A DNA stretch of 64,000 nucleotides, taken from positions 29,698,001 through 29,762,000 of the forward strand of contig OZ241829.1 in the NCBI GenBank assembly GCA_965202585.1, given 5' to 3'. Source of the stretch: Thalia democratica. Its lineage: Eukaryota. Both the position numbers and the translations under genes were made by a program. Below, piece by piece: positions 37,390 to 48,313 of the stretch. How positions within the stretch are numbered: the stretch's first letter is position 1; the number at the start of each line of letters is the position of its first letter. The notes below the pieces were generated by a model. The model searched no databases. It saw nothing but the letters and a program-made list of their open reading frames with translations, and had not been told where the DNA came from.

Positions 37390-37584
37390 CTGAACGCGTA
37401 GAATAATAATCAAATTAATCTGATTAACTTTTGTAGTTTCCTTAAAAGTTAACGTTTAGTATTTAATTTAGTATTAATACTAATAAACAGTTTCATACAC
37501 TATTTCAAAGATAAATTAAACACTTGTAAATAGACTTGAACATGGAGGCGATCACCACAAAAAAAATAGAAAAAAATCACCAAC

Positions 37585-37860
37585 CGGCCGCGTGCTCGCA
37601 CGGGAAATGGGAGCATCCCCTGAACAGCTCCTCATTGGTCAGCCGTATCGGAACGGGGTCTTCCCCCACGGTGATGACGCGAGGGTCGGGCGAGTTGTGC
37701 CACTGAGTGATCATCACCCGCCGCATGGCCGCTCCGGCCTCACCCGATTGGACGAGGTCTCTCAGTTTCATCTTGTACTTGTACACGTGGCTGGCGTGTC
37801 GCGTCATCGGCTCGTTGGCCGCCGGGCACAGCGTTTGGAGGAGGGGCGGCATGACCGGGC
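37585..37860 (-). CDS. PL13-like domain exon with QWH (putative catalytic His)
   Basis: SPVMPPLLQTLCPAANEPMTRHASHVYKYKMKLRDLVQSGEAGAAMRRVMITQWHNSPDPRVITVGEDPVPIRLTNEELFRGCSHFPCEHAA; 276 nt, phase 1-1; cf. ACPQG..YEFSVYIP..IFAQWHGMPDRTLVQTPQGEVKKLTVDEF. Confidence 0.88.
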
Positions 37861-38807
37861 CTGTGTGACGTAATAACGCTTGGGGTGATAATGTGTGACG
37901 TAAAATTTGTGTGGTAAGAATGGGTGATGTCTGATGAACAAACGAGTTTGATAAAATTTTGTTAACTTTAAATGACAGTGAAAATCTATATTGAAGATTG
38001 CTAATTTTTTTGTAACTGGTAGCAGGTGTGTTAAACATTGATTTTTTCATAATATTTAGTCAATACTTTTCTTGAAGTTTTGGAACTATTTGTTAGAATT
38101 TTAAGCAGTTTATTAAACTTATATCTTTTAATCATTTCTGCAATAAATCCAGTGAAAAATTTGATGAAATAGTTGTGAATAAAAACGTTTAGAGATGAGA
38201 TTGTAGAAGTATAACGACATATTTTCATACAAAAATTTTTCTAAACTTTAGCTTTTAAAACAGTTACAGCTAATGAAAAGTACATTAAAATAAAACTTAG
38301 ATAAACACTTTAATATTGAAAATTATTTCTCTATATCAATGGTCTTCAAGGCGTGCACATTTAGGTTAATTTGCTGTATATAAAAAAGTTACAATGGTTA
38401 AAAAAAATGCAAATGACGTTTTTTGTTTTTTTCTATGGGAAAAAGTTAATGATAACACAAACTAACAGTTTTTAGCACGTTATTCATATATTCTATCTCA
38501 TAAAACCAAAATAAATTCTTGTTCTTGATAACAACTTACATTTTAATAGTCTAGTTTGCAAATAATTTATTTTTCAGTAATTTAGTGTGCACAGTGTTTG
38601 AAAATATTAAAAACCAATGCTCTAGAGTCATTAAATGTTTACTTGACAACAACAAAAATTAAAAAGCTAAAATTGTTTTAAGGTATTAAAAATAAATTGA
38701 GAAGGTTTATTTAAAAGTTTTTAAACATTCAGTTTATAGTAGACGTTTTCTGATACTGTCGAAGTATCTGTTGAAAATAAAATAAATAATTTTAAAACAA
38801 AAAATAC

Positions 38808-38944
38808 TTTTTATAAGGAAATTGTTGTTTATATCATTGTTAGTGACGTTTTCTTTGAAATATTTTTCAGTTACAAAACACGTGCTGATCTCTATCCTGG
38901 ACTTTTCATCTTTTTTTTTATTATCCAAGTTGTCGTATACAAAC
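38808..38944 (-). CDS. PL13-like domain exon
   Basis: (R)FVYDNLDNKKKDEKSRIEISTCFVTEKYFKENVTNNDINNNFLIK; phase 2-1; cf. KGRAEFSYCYATSDDF. Confidence 0.8.
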
Positions 38945-39361
38945 CTAAAATAAATATGAAACTTTGCTTTTTTTACTCTAGTCGTTTAGCAGTCAAAAAC
39001 CGCTTACGTTTTTATTGAATTTTATATATCAACAAAACAAGTTTAAGCACAATAACTTTTTAAACAACTTTAAAATATTTGTATGATACCACGTTAGTTA
39101 ATTTTATAAAATTTTGGTTCTAAAACCTTTGAACATTTAATAGCTGTAAAAATGTCTACTCTTTTAAAGAGAAACAACATGAACAGCAACCAGTGAATTA
39201 AAGTTTTTACACACTACTACAATAGTTCTAGACATACTAATATAAACTAAGTTGAAAATAGTTATAATGTTTACAGTTTTTAGTTTTATAGGCTAAAAAT
39301 GAGAAAACTTGCACTTATAATCTATTCAGGTATAAGATATTTAAAACAAATGACGAAGTAC

Positions 39362-39479
39362 CTGTACTGATAGGAAGGTTCACTGTTTTCATTTATGGGA
39401 AAATACTTTTCAATGTAAAATTTTGTCTTTTTACTGTTTGAAATTTTCAGTAAAACAAAATTACCTGGAAGAACCTGTT
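39362..39479 (-). CDS. PL13-like domain, first exon
   Basis: EQVLPGNFVLLKISNSKKTKFYIEKYFPINENSEPSYQY(R); phase 1-2; cf. NQIIDGCWVAV...DGKPSYRF. Confidence 0.75.
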
Positions 39480-39681
39480 CTGTAAGTACATTAAATTTTT
39501 TTTTTTTGAAGAAACGTTCTTAGCTTTTTTGTTTTTTACGCCAAGTAATAAGTACACTTTATTTACAATCAGTAACATAATTTTTGATAAAAGTTTTAAA
39601 ATGCAATAATTGTAAAACATTTCTATAACTACATACGAAAATCCTACAAAGTTATCTCTTAGTTTCTGATTTACTTCAAAC

Positions 39682-39813
39682 CTTCCCTGACCAGTTTCAA
39701 GAACGGTCTCGATTTCGGCCACTTGTTGCAAGTGAAATTCGATGAGGCCGCCTTGAGACCGGTGCAGTCCCATATTTCACCAGATTTAGTTTTATTTCTC
39801 AACAGTTTAATAC
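39682..39813 (-). CDS. Linker exon between the EGF and lyase-like domains
   Basis: SIKLLRNKTKSGEIWDCTGLKAASSNFTCNKWPKSRPFLKLVRE; 132 nt, phase 1-1, open from the aaacag acceptor; the ORF track shows a different frame. Confidence 0.7.
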
Positions 39814-39940
39814 CTGTTTGCAAGGATTAGTAGATTAACTTTAAAAGAAAGCTAAAAAAAAACGTAAGTCAAATTAAAAGCGATCCTAGCTGTTTTTGTT
39901 TTAGAAAGATGGCTACTGTACGACTGGATAACCAATAACT

Positions 39941-40012
39941 GTGGTGTGAAACTCGATAACTAAAAGGTTTCTTCATACACCAGGTGCTTAAACCAGACTT
40001 TTTGGACGCTTT
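39941..40012. repeat. Short dispersed repeat, similar to 46035-46090
   Basis: Shared GTGGTGTG..ACTCGATAAC..AAA.GTTT.TTC.T.CAC.AGGT.CT.A core at both sites. Confidence 0.45.
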
Positions 40013-40457
40013 TTTTTTATCGTTTTATAACCAATATATACACACTGCCGTAGGGGATGTTCAACATCACTGGTTAAAAATATATACTACGGTCATCTAA
40101 AATGAATGCTGTAACAAATTAAACCTTATTTATAAATAAAAATTTTATATGTAAACAAAGTTGAGAACCTTAACAAAATATTTAACATTAAAAGAGTTTA
40201 GTTTGGGTTTTTGACATAAAGCAAGTTAAAAGAATATTCAATTTGTTTTTTACTTCTAACACAAAAGTACTACTTAAGTTTAAAAACCCTTTTATTAAAG
40301 TTTGTGTTAAACGCATACTGTGATTAAACTACTTTTACTTCTAAAGTAATATGCAATGGTCTTTTGTACAACTCTCTTCCTGAAACTTTGTTAACAAATG
40401 TAAAAAATAGTAACAGTTACCACATAAAATTTTTGCATGCAAAACAAACAAACTGAC

Positions 40458-40583
40458 TGCAACTCAACCCATCTCCTTGGAAACCAGGGTTGCACATACA
40501 CTTGTAATACTCCTTATTCTCGTAGTTGTATTTCAAGCAGTAAGCATCTGCGTGACAAAACTGACAAACGTCTTTTTCAAATC
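40458..40583 (-). CDS. EGF-like domain exon
   Basis: FEKDVCQFCHADAYCLKYNYENKEYYKCMCNPGFQGDGLSC: 6 Cys with a CxCxxGFxGDGxxC ending; 126 nt, phase 1-1. Confidence 0.9.
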
Positions 40584-41121
40584 CTGTATTTTAACAAATT
40601 CCCACGTGATGTAATTTTGATTATAATTTATTTTTGTACAGACAACAGATGTTTTTTTTTTTTGAAAAAAAAGTTAAATTGACAATAGTTGTATTGAAGC
40701 ATTAATTCTTTTTTTATTGTAACTTACTTTTTTGACAACATGTTTTACCAAATCTAAAAACAGTAACGAGTATAAATTTCTGGTTTTAAGATGTTGACAT
40801 TTCAGAAAACATGAGTTATAATTTAGTAATTGTTCAGTAGCTTTGTAAATTTTGACACTAAACAACTGTATAATAATAAATATTAAAAAAATACATAATT
40901 TGTGTTACATTAGTGTGCTACATAAACAGTTATTGTAAAGTTATTGCAAGTTTAAATTAGTTGTTGTGTAAAGTTTTCGTAAACATATTAACTGAACTAA
41001 CTTAGTTTTTTAATTTTATTTCATAAATGTATGCTGTTTAAGGTTTATGTAAATACTTCAGTAATACTATAAAACTTATTATGCTTAAATAAATATATTA
41101 CACAAAAAAGCAAAGAACTAC

Positions 41122-41219
41122 TAGTTATTTTAAATCCTTTGGTTTCGTCATTTAAGCAAAAACCATCGACTTCATAGGTTTCACACTTGTCTTCTCTACC
41201 ACCAAAAGCTAGGGTTGAA
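41122..41219 (-). CDS. Candidate N-terminal exon of the EGF-lyase gene
   Basis: STLAFGGREDKCETYEVDGFCLNDETKGFKIT after a ttttaatag acceptor. The donor is weak (gtagtt) and the upstream ATG exon was not found. Confidence 0.45.
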
Positions 41220-41892
41220 CTATTAAAATAAAAAACACATTTTAATTATCAAAATATTTTGATTTAAGAAAAAACAAAAAACAGTTATATAATACAAATA
41301 TAGTTATATAGTATAAATAAAACAGTTATATAATAGTTTAAAATTCCTAACATATAGTTTTTCAACAATAATTAATCAACTTAAAAAATAATACATACTT
41401 AAAAAATCTTTTAAGTCAATTAGTTAAAGTCATTTCAAATAGAGACCTCAAATCTATACTCTTTTAAAGTCAAAAAATATATTCTGAAATAAAAACCTTA
41501 ATGTTTATCAAGACTTTTCAATTATACAGTCTAAACAAGTTATAACAAAAATCTGTCAAATAAATATCTTTCAAATTAATATTTTATTCGCTATGCCAAG
41601 AAAACTTTTATATGTATTCCATTCAAAAAAAAAACTTCCTTCGTAGAAACGGACTTGTTTATGTATACATTAACTTATTGAAAATAATTTAAGGAGTGTT
41701 TTTTCTACAAATAAACTTCAGTTTCTTTTTTAATATTCAAGTAAATATAAGTTAAAAATAATTAAGTTCTGTTAAACGCAATTCCGTTGATGTAATAAAC
41801 TGAAACCTTATGTTTAAGTTTATCGTAAGATTGATTGTATTTATCAAATTTTACCCATCGTGTGTAGTCTATATAGTACTAATACTTAGTAG

Positions 41893-44498
41893 CAGTGGCG
41901 TAGCGTGGTATTTTGGTCAGGGGGTGCGCAAGTTTTTTCTCAAAAAATCCTCTAATTTAAAACTTCTGGGCCGCAAATTTTTCGAAGTCAATTTTCTCGG
42001 AAATTTAAAAAAATACTAAAAATCTATCTCCTACTTCATTTTTCAAGCAACCTTCTTCAAATTAAAAAAATAATTTCTTACGTTACAAGAAAAAAACGTT
42101 ACTTATGAATTAAGATAATTAAAAAAAAAAGTCTTTTTTTTTCAGAAAAAATATATTTTACTACAAATTTTTTAATTCACAAGTAATGTTTTTTTTATTG
42201 TATAAAGATTAAACTGTTAAAGTTTGAAGAAGATTTCTAGAAAAATGTAGGAGGAGATAGATTTTAAACAAACTAGCCTTTTTCGCTGTTTTAGTTTTCC
42301 CTTCCAATAGGTAACCTATTATGCGGCCCGACTTTGACTGGTCATATCTCAAAAAATAATTAGAACTTTTGAAAAGAATAAAAAGAATCTTAAAGCTTAA
42401 AAAAATCTTTCAAATAAGATCAACTTCTAAAAAACATGGCTTACCCCCCTCCCCTATGGCCTCAAACTACAAATAAATAATCAACTAGTATAACAATTAA
42501 CACCTCAAAACATTTTTCTCTGTGCAATTTCTAAATAATGTTCAATACCCATTTTATATCAACAAAAAAGAATTGTATTAAACTCAAAATAACTCATACT
42601 TTTAGTTTGTTGCAGCTTTTAATATACTATCTTTATCTTTTATATAAAAATGTTAAATCTTCAGTACTAAAATTGTAAATTTTAAATCTATAATTTTTTT
42701 GTAGGAGAAATCTAAAGAGCTAGTTTTTTTTTTTCAACTTCTACATTTTTACCTATATTACAATATAAAACTGTAAAAATAAATCTTAATAAATGAAGAA
42801 AATCTGAAATATAAACATAAAACCTTCATACCACTTGAACTGCAGTCTTGAGTAATAGCAATATCTGGTATTGGTCTGCTATTTTTCAATTCAAGCTTTT
42901 GAAATTCAGATAATTTTCCTACCTGACATATTTTTAGACTTGCAAAATTTCATACAATATTACTTTGCACATTTTAGAAAATAATAATCTAAAAAATAAT
43001 GAAAACAAATGTTTACTTTTTCTTTAATATTATAAAACATATTTTACAAAAAAAAAAAACAAAAAAAAAACTTTAAAGATATCAGGGTTGCCTTGCCACT
43101 CTTTGAGTCAAAATAACTGTCCTGACCCTGAGCTAGTTTAAAAATGTCATAAGTCATCATAAGCATTTTAAATTCTATTACAGAATTTTTTTATTGTTTT
43201 CAAACTAATAGAAACTAAGCTTTATAACAAAGCTTTTAAAACCAATAAATCTACCCTGAGTAAAAAAAATAATAATTCTATCCTTAGTCAGCCTGAGCTT
43301 AAAAATACTTAAAAAATTCTGAGTTATCATGATTTTTACTGAGTCATACTAAAGTTTTCCAAAACTTCATAAAATCCTGAGTTATCCTGAGTGTGTGGAA
43401 GGATTTTACTAAATGTTTCTGATACAAAACAAAATGTTTGAAAGATAATTTTTTTAAGGTCAACTTTTTCAATGCTTTTAAAATTCACAAGAAGTATAAT
43501 TTTTCACTTATCTTTAAGTCAGTTTTTCTAAGATCTCTAGAGAAAAGCATTTTTAAATACTACAAACAGTTGGTAGAAAGAAATTTTTTTTAAATATCAT
43601 TTAAAATTTGATTTAAAACAAATAAATTTTAATTTAAAACTAATCAACTATGTCTTTTAGAGTAAAAATTGATTGTAAAAATTTTGTTTTACAGTTGCTA
43701 TAAATTCATTCATGATGTGACTAAAGAAATTTTAAAATTACTTGCTACAAAAATTGATTAATCTTTAAACTTTATGGCTGATAAAATAACAAAGTTTGAT
43801 TTGTTTGTTATCTTAATAAAAAAAAATACTTTAAAAAAAAATTTTAAGTTTAGGTAATTTAAACAATACTTTTTGTATAGTGAGATTAAAACTGTAATCA
43901 CAGTATGAACTGTTTGTTTATCATTTTTTTTATTTTATTTTTTTATTGGTTTCTGTTTTTTTTATTTTTCTTTTAAATTATGTTGTTAATATTTTTTATT
44001 CTTATTATAAATTAGTTTTTATTTATTAGCAGTTGTTTATTGCTATTTTTACTACAGTTTGTTTATTCTTGAATCATTATCACTATAAAACAGGTTTAGC
44101 TTTATGGTTTGTTAACAAAATGTTTGCATTTGTCCTTATAAAAAACCAGTCATAAGGTTATACTACTGCGGTGCACTAACTAGTTGCGTACTGTTTGAGT
44201 CTAAATTCTTATGAAGTTAATGAAGTTAAAAAAATTTTCCTTATGGAGTTTTTCATCAACATCGGTGCGCATTTGCAATTACGCACCGAATCAGTATACT
44301 GGGTAATTTCCCTAACTTGTCACTTATTGGTATTCGAAGTTTCGTTTTACTTTTCGAATAGTAGAAAAACATAGTTGAAAAAAGGCAAATTAAGCAAAAA
44401 AAAAACAATAAAGGATAAAGATACTGCATTTTTTTTTTACTTATTTTTTTTTGGGGTGGCACGCATGCGCCAGCGTCCCTCCCAACGCTACGCCCCTG
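41893..44498. mobile_element. Non-autonomous hAT DNA transposon, 2606 bp
   Basis: TIRs CAGTGGCGTAGCGT and ACGCTACGCCCCTG; perfect 8-bp TSD CTTAGTAG at 41885-41892 and 44499-44506; no transposase ORF. Confidence 0.92.
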
Positions 44499-45150
44499 CT
44501 TAGTAGTATGTATAAAAATAATATTACTGTGCTCAAAAATAATAATTTTTTAGCATTTAATTTAACTACTTATTATTAGCATTACTTAATTATTAGAATC
44601 TACTTTTAGAATTTACGATTATTTTGTTTAACTTTTATTTTTCAGGTTTAAATTGTAACTGAATATCCTTTAAAGGGTGAAACTTAGTTTTGAAACTAAA
44701 AATCTTTAATAATTAATTTTGTACTAAATACATGTAATAAATGTTCAATACTTAATATTTTTCAAACTTTTTTTTTTAAATTTTGAGAATTCTAAAATGC
44801 GTAACTAAAGGAGAGTGCGTAACCAAAGGAGCGCGTAGATTCGCGAGAGGTGACTGTACTAAGGTTTTACATAAAAGAAAACAGGAAGTAAACATTACAA
44901 TTTATTTTGATAAAAATACACAACTGATTATAAAGTTCTAAAGTTTAAAAAAATTATATTTTTTATACTCGCCAAATTTTACATTACAAATTGTTAAAGC
45001 TTAAAATTGGTTTTAAACTTATCATACATTAACGCTTGGCTTAATTGATAAACTTGAGTTCTCAAGTTCTTTGTAGTGAAGTTAAGTAAAAACAAAACAA
45101 AGGTAAACTCTTATAATTTATTACTTTATGTACTACATGTAAAAAAGCAT

Positions 45151-45156
45151 TTTATT
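45151..45156 (-). terminator. Candidate poly(A) signal of the right CCP gene
   Basis: AATAAA on the minus strand about 290 nt past the stop at 45447; such hexamers are common in AT-rich DNA. Confidence 0.3.
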
Positions 45157-45446
45157 AATTTGTTTTTGTTAAAATTAATCTTTCGAATTAAAAAAAGTAA
45201 AAAAAAACATGCAGAACGGTTACAAAGTCACAGAAGACACCCAAATATATGTGCCTTGACAGCATGGTGCACAGTTTGCATAAGTCATATTTAGGTAAAG
45301 TAACTTAATCAAATTTTGTTTTAAGAAAAGGTATAAAGACTTTAAATAATTGATCAGTTAACTGAAAACGTTTAGTCGCCTAAAGTTTCAGGCTGGTGTC
45401 AGTAAAAAATTAAACAATTAACTTAATGAATGCTTTTAGTGATAGT

Positions 45447-45584
45447 CTAGCAATGGAAAAGCTCAAATCGCAAGGTCCATTGTAGATAGTGTGTTACCAA
45501 AGTGATTCGAAAATATCTTGCAGTAACTGGCACTGGTAGCCTATTGATATGAGGCGTGTCATAGTGTTTATTTGCCATAAAAAT
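45447..45584 (-). CDS. Terminal exon of the right CCP gene; end of the F5/8 type C domain and TAG stop
   Basis: IFMANKHYDTPHINRLPVPVTARYFRITLVTHYLQWTLRFELFHC*, matching the discoidin P..ARY.R....LR.EL.C ending; phase-0 acceptor. Confidence 0.9.
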   Translation of the reverse strand: MFMANKHYDTPHINRLPVPVTARYFRITLVTHYLQWTLRFELFHC

Positions 45585-47045
45585 CTACAAAATATTTACT
45601 TTAGTAAATTTACAAATACAAAATAATTAAGAGTTATTGCTAAAAACTAATTGATTTTTAACATACGTTTATTAAGTATGATTTGACCATTTTTTTTATC
45701 AGTTTCAACAAAACGGGTTGTTAACCAGATTTCGAATTTTTAACAAATTATTTTCACCTCGTAATAAAAAAGTTGCATAGTACTAGGAGCAAAAACAATC
45801 AAATATTAGGTAAAGTAAAGTGGTTTATGAAAACTAAAGTTGTTTTTACGAATAAAAATAATCTCTTACCAATAAAAGTATATATCACCGTTTTAAGTCA
45901 AATTTTTTTTTAGTCATATCAAACCCAAAAACGTGTTGTAGCTGGTGTAGGTTAGTTTACATTTACAGTAAAAATCTTTTTGACTTAGTTATGTAAGTTA
46001 ATTTGTCCTGGACAAGACGTTAAAGTGTATCCAAGTGGTGTGCGACTCGATAACCGAAATGTTTTTTCGTGCACTAGGTCCTAATATTTTGTGTGCTTTT
46101 TGTCGTTCAATAAACAATAATAATAGAAAGTTAAGCTAATAAAACTAGTAAAAAGCGTTCAAATGTCACTGTTCTTTTAAAATTTTTGGTGAAAATATAA
46201 AAACATGCTTGCAATTTACATATCCAATTCCCTAATTTTAATGCTAAGTTATTTATGATTGCGTTTTAGGATTACACGATGTAGAAATGTTGATGGCAGT
46301 TCTCTAGTAATCATTATGAAGAAATAGTATGAATAGAGATATTTTTAGTAACTTTACTAAAACTTACAAATATTTTTTTGTGATGAAAAAAAGAGGTGAT
46401 ACAATATTTTACTCGTTTTTATTCTTGCTATATACAATCTTAATTTTTTGTCTGTCTATTTAAATACTTTAGATAGTAAAAAAAAAAGTTCACTTTAATA
46501 GGTTGACAACAAAGTATAAGTACATTAAGCAAGAAAACAAAATTGACGTTTTCTTAATAACAAGAATCTTCATTTAAAAAACAAAGTATCCTTTTTCTTG
46601 ATTAAAAAATAAAATTAAAGAAATAATAAAACTGAAACTGGTTTAAAATATTTTTTATTCAAGACAATGCTGTAGAAATTTGAAGTATTCTTTTATAATT
46701 GGAATAAAAATATTTTTTAGGATTTCAAACACATATACCATAAAAACTTGAATTAGTATTTTTTGATTTTACCGGGAATTAAAGATCATCTAAACTATTT
46801 TTTTTGTATTTTTGACATATTAAATGTCTTTTAGACATAAGCTGCTTTGATATCCCATCTTTTATATTCTACGAATAAACTTTTAACATATGCGCCAAAT
46901 ACTTATTTGATAAATTTAAAATTCTCTATGAAATTTAGATAACGTTTGAAAAACTTTTAGTTTTGTTTGCAATAACGAACAAGTCAAAAAATAAATTCGT
47001 TTAGATTTGAAAAAAACTAGAAAAATAAGAACGTTTTAAACTTAC

Positions 47046-47206
47046 AACAATTTTTCCACTTCCGTCAACTACATTTTGTAATTCGTCTTCAGAGTTAGTT
47101 TTATACTGGCAAGAATAAGAAGTCGTATATGGATTTTTACCTCTTCCCTGCGTTGCAACTTTGTGAATTGTTCTTTCTAATACAAGGTCTACTTGAATCC
47201 ATTTCT
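47046..47206 (-). CDS. F5/8 type C (discoidin) exon 2
   Basis: EKWIQVDLVLERTIHKVATQGRGKNPYTTSYSCQYKTNSEDELQNVVDGSGKIV; WIQVDL and ATQGR motifs; phase 1-0. Confidence 0.92.
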
Positions 47207-47548
47207 CTTTTAGGGATGTTTTAAGTTAGTGAAAAAATGCATTGAAATATCACTAACAACTAATAAAAGCAGTGTTTACTTAAAAGAAGATAAAACATCA
47301 CTAATATTATATTGAATGGTATATTTGTTCCCAGTTACAAAAAAACATAATTTCCAACGTTACATAGTAAATGCCGTAGCTTTTAAAGTTAAGTTTAAAC
47401 CGTTTTTTAGAAAAATACTCAAATTCCGTATTGAATGTAGGTATTCAAAATATTTTCTTTTAGAAAAAGTAGCCGTAAGTTTTTTTTTTCGATCTAAAAG
47501 CACTGTATGAAAATCGAAAACCTGATTGAATGAGAAAAGTGCGCTAAC

Positions 47549-47737
47549 CTGGAGCTCGATGAAAAATGGTCCAAGCGAATGGTTCAAATTCGAACAGTCG
47601 AGCAAACTGCGGACCAAACCTGCATTTTGTTGGCGTTTCTTCGTAACAATCGTCGACATCGTCGTAAGCGTAACCGCTTGCAGTCACTTGGCTGTTGGTG
47701 ATGGTGCCGCTGGTCATTCCCAAACCGCACGCTTCAA
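47549..47737 (-). CDS. F5/8 type C (discoidin) exon 1
   Basis: VEACGLGMTSGTITNSQVTASGYAYDDVDDCYEETPTKCRFGPQFARLFEFEPFAWTIFHRAP; LGMxSGxI..SQxTAS and ARL..AW motifs. Confidence 0.92.
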
Positions 47738-48076
47738 CTGTGATTTTTGGTGTGAGTTCAGCTTTACTGGTTCAACTTAGAAACTGCTTGTTTTTAAAAG
47801 TTTAGCTTTTTTTGTCAAGGGCTCTGAGGTTTTATAGTTCATGTGTGGTACAACGACAAGTTTTTTCTCGTAGCCCGTTTTAACAAGTGGTCTAAAGTGA
47901 CTTATTGTATAAAATTAAAATCACATAACATCACTCACGTAAAACGACTTAAACGCTTTGCAAAGCAAACCACATGGTTTCAAGTTGTCTACAATAACAA
48001 AACGTCTCTCAAAAGTACTGACGATACTAATTCTTACTTGATAATGAAATTTTTGAACATAAAAATATTAACCGAC

Positions 48077-48313
48077 CTTCGGCCTTAACGGCGGCTCTGT
48101 CGCACCCCGGGGGGTTCACCCAATCTCCAAGCCCGGGATTTTCTTCGGTCACATTGCACTGGGCAATTCCGCTGCTCACTGTTTTATCGCAAAACTTGGA
48201 GCTTTCGCAAACAAAGTCAAACTCCTCCGTGCTCACGTACTTTCCCGGTACCACGACGGGATCTCTCGGTGTTAAAGTGTCCAGGCACAAGGAGTACTGC
48301 AAGTCCGGACACT
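48077..48313 (-). CDS. CCP-like exon with 6 Cys, right gene
   Basis: ECPDLQYSLCLDTL...FDFVCESSKFCDKTVSSGIAQCNVTEENPGLGDWVNPPGCDRAAVKAE; 237 nt, phase 1-1. Confidence 0.85.

Noticed and set aside
38720-38767. Possible extra exon after a caacag acceptor
   Set aside because: It would need an intron of about 40 nt and reaches stops in all frames. Direct 38808-to-37860 splicing preserves the frame and the expected Cys-to-Cys spacing.
34513-39479. Lyase-like domain as bacterial contamination
   Set aside because: It is split by seven spliceosomal introns with host-like AT-rich composition and is in frame with an EGF exon.
39447-39773. 108-aa ORF MGLHRSQGG...
   Set aside because: It runs into low-complexity intron sequence. 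Another frame (39682-39813) fits the acceptor, donor and phase of both neighbours.
44256-44462. 68-aa ORF inside the hAT element
   Set aside because: It is low complexity with no transposase motifs.
44798-44858. Short tandem TGCGTAACYAAAGGAG plus ...AGAGGTGACTGTA, like a Tc1/mariner MITE end
   Set aside because: No partner end was found, so the element cannot be delimited.
47360-47659. 99-aa ORF MSTIVTKK...
   Set aside because: It is an off-frame overlap of the F5/8C exon 47549-47737.
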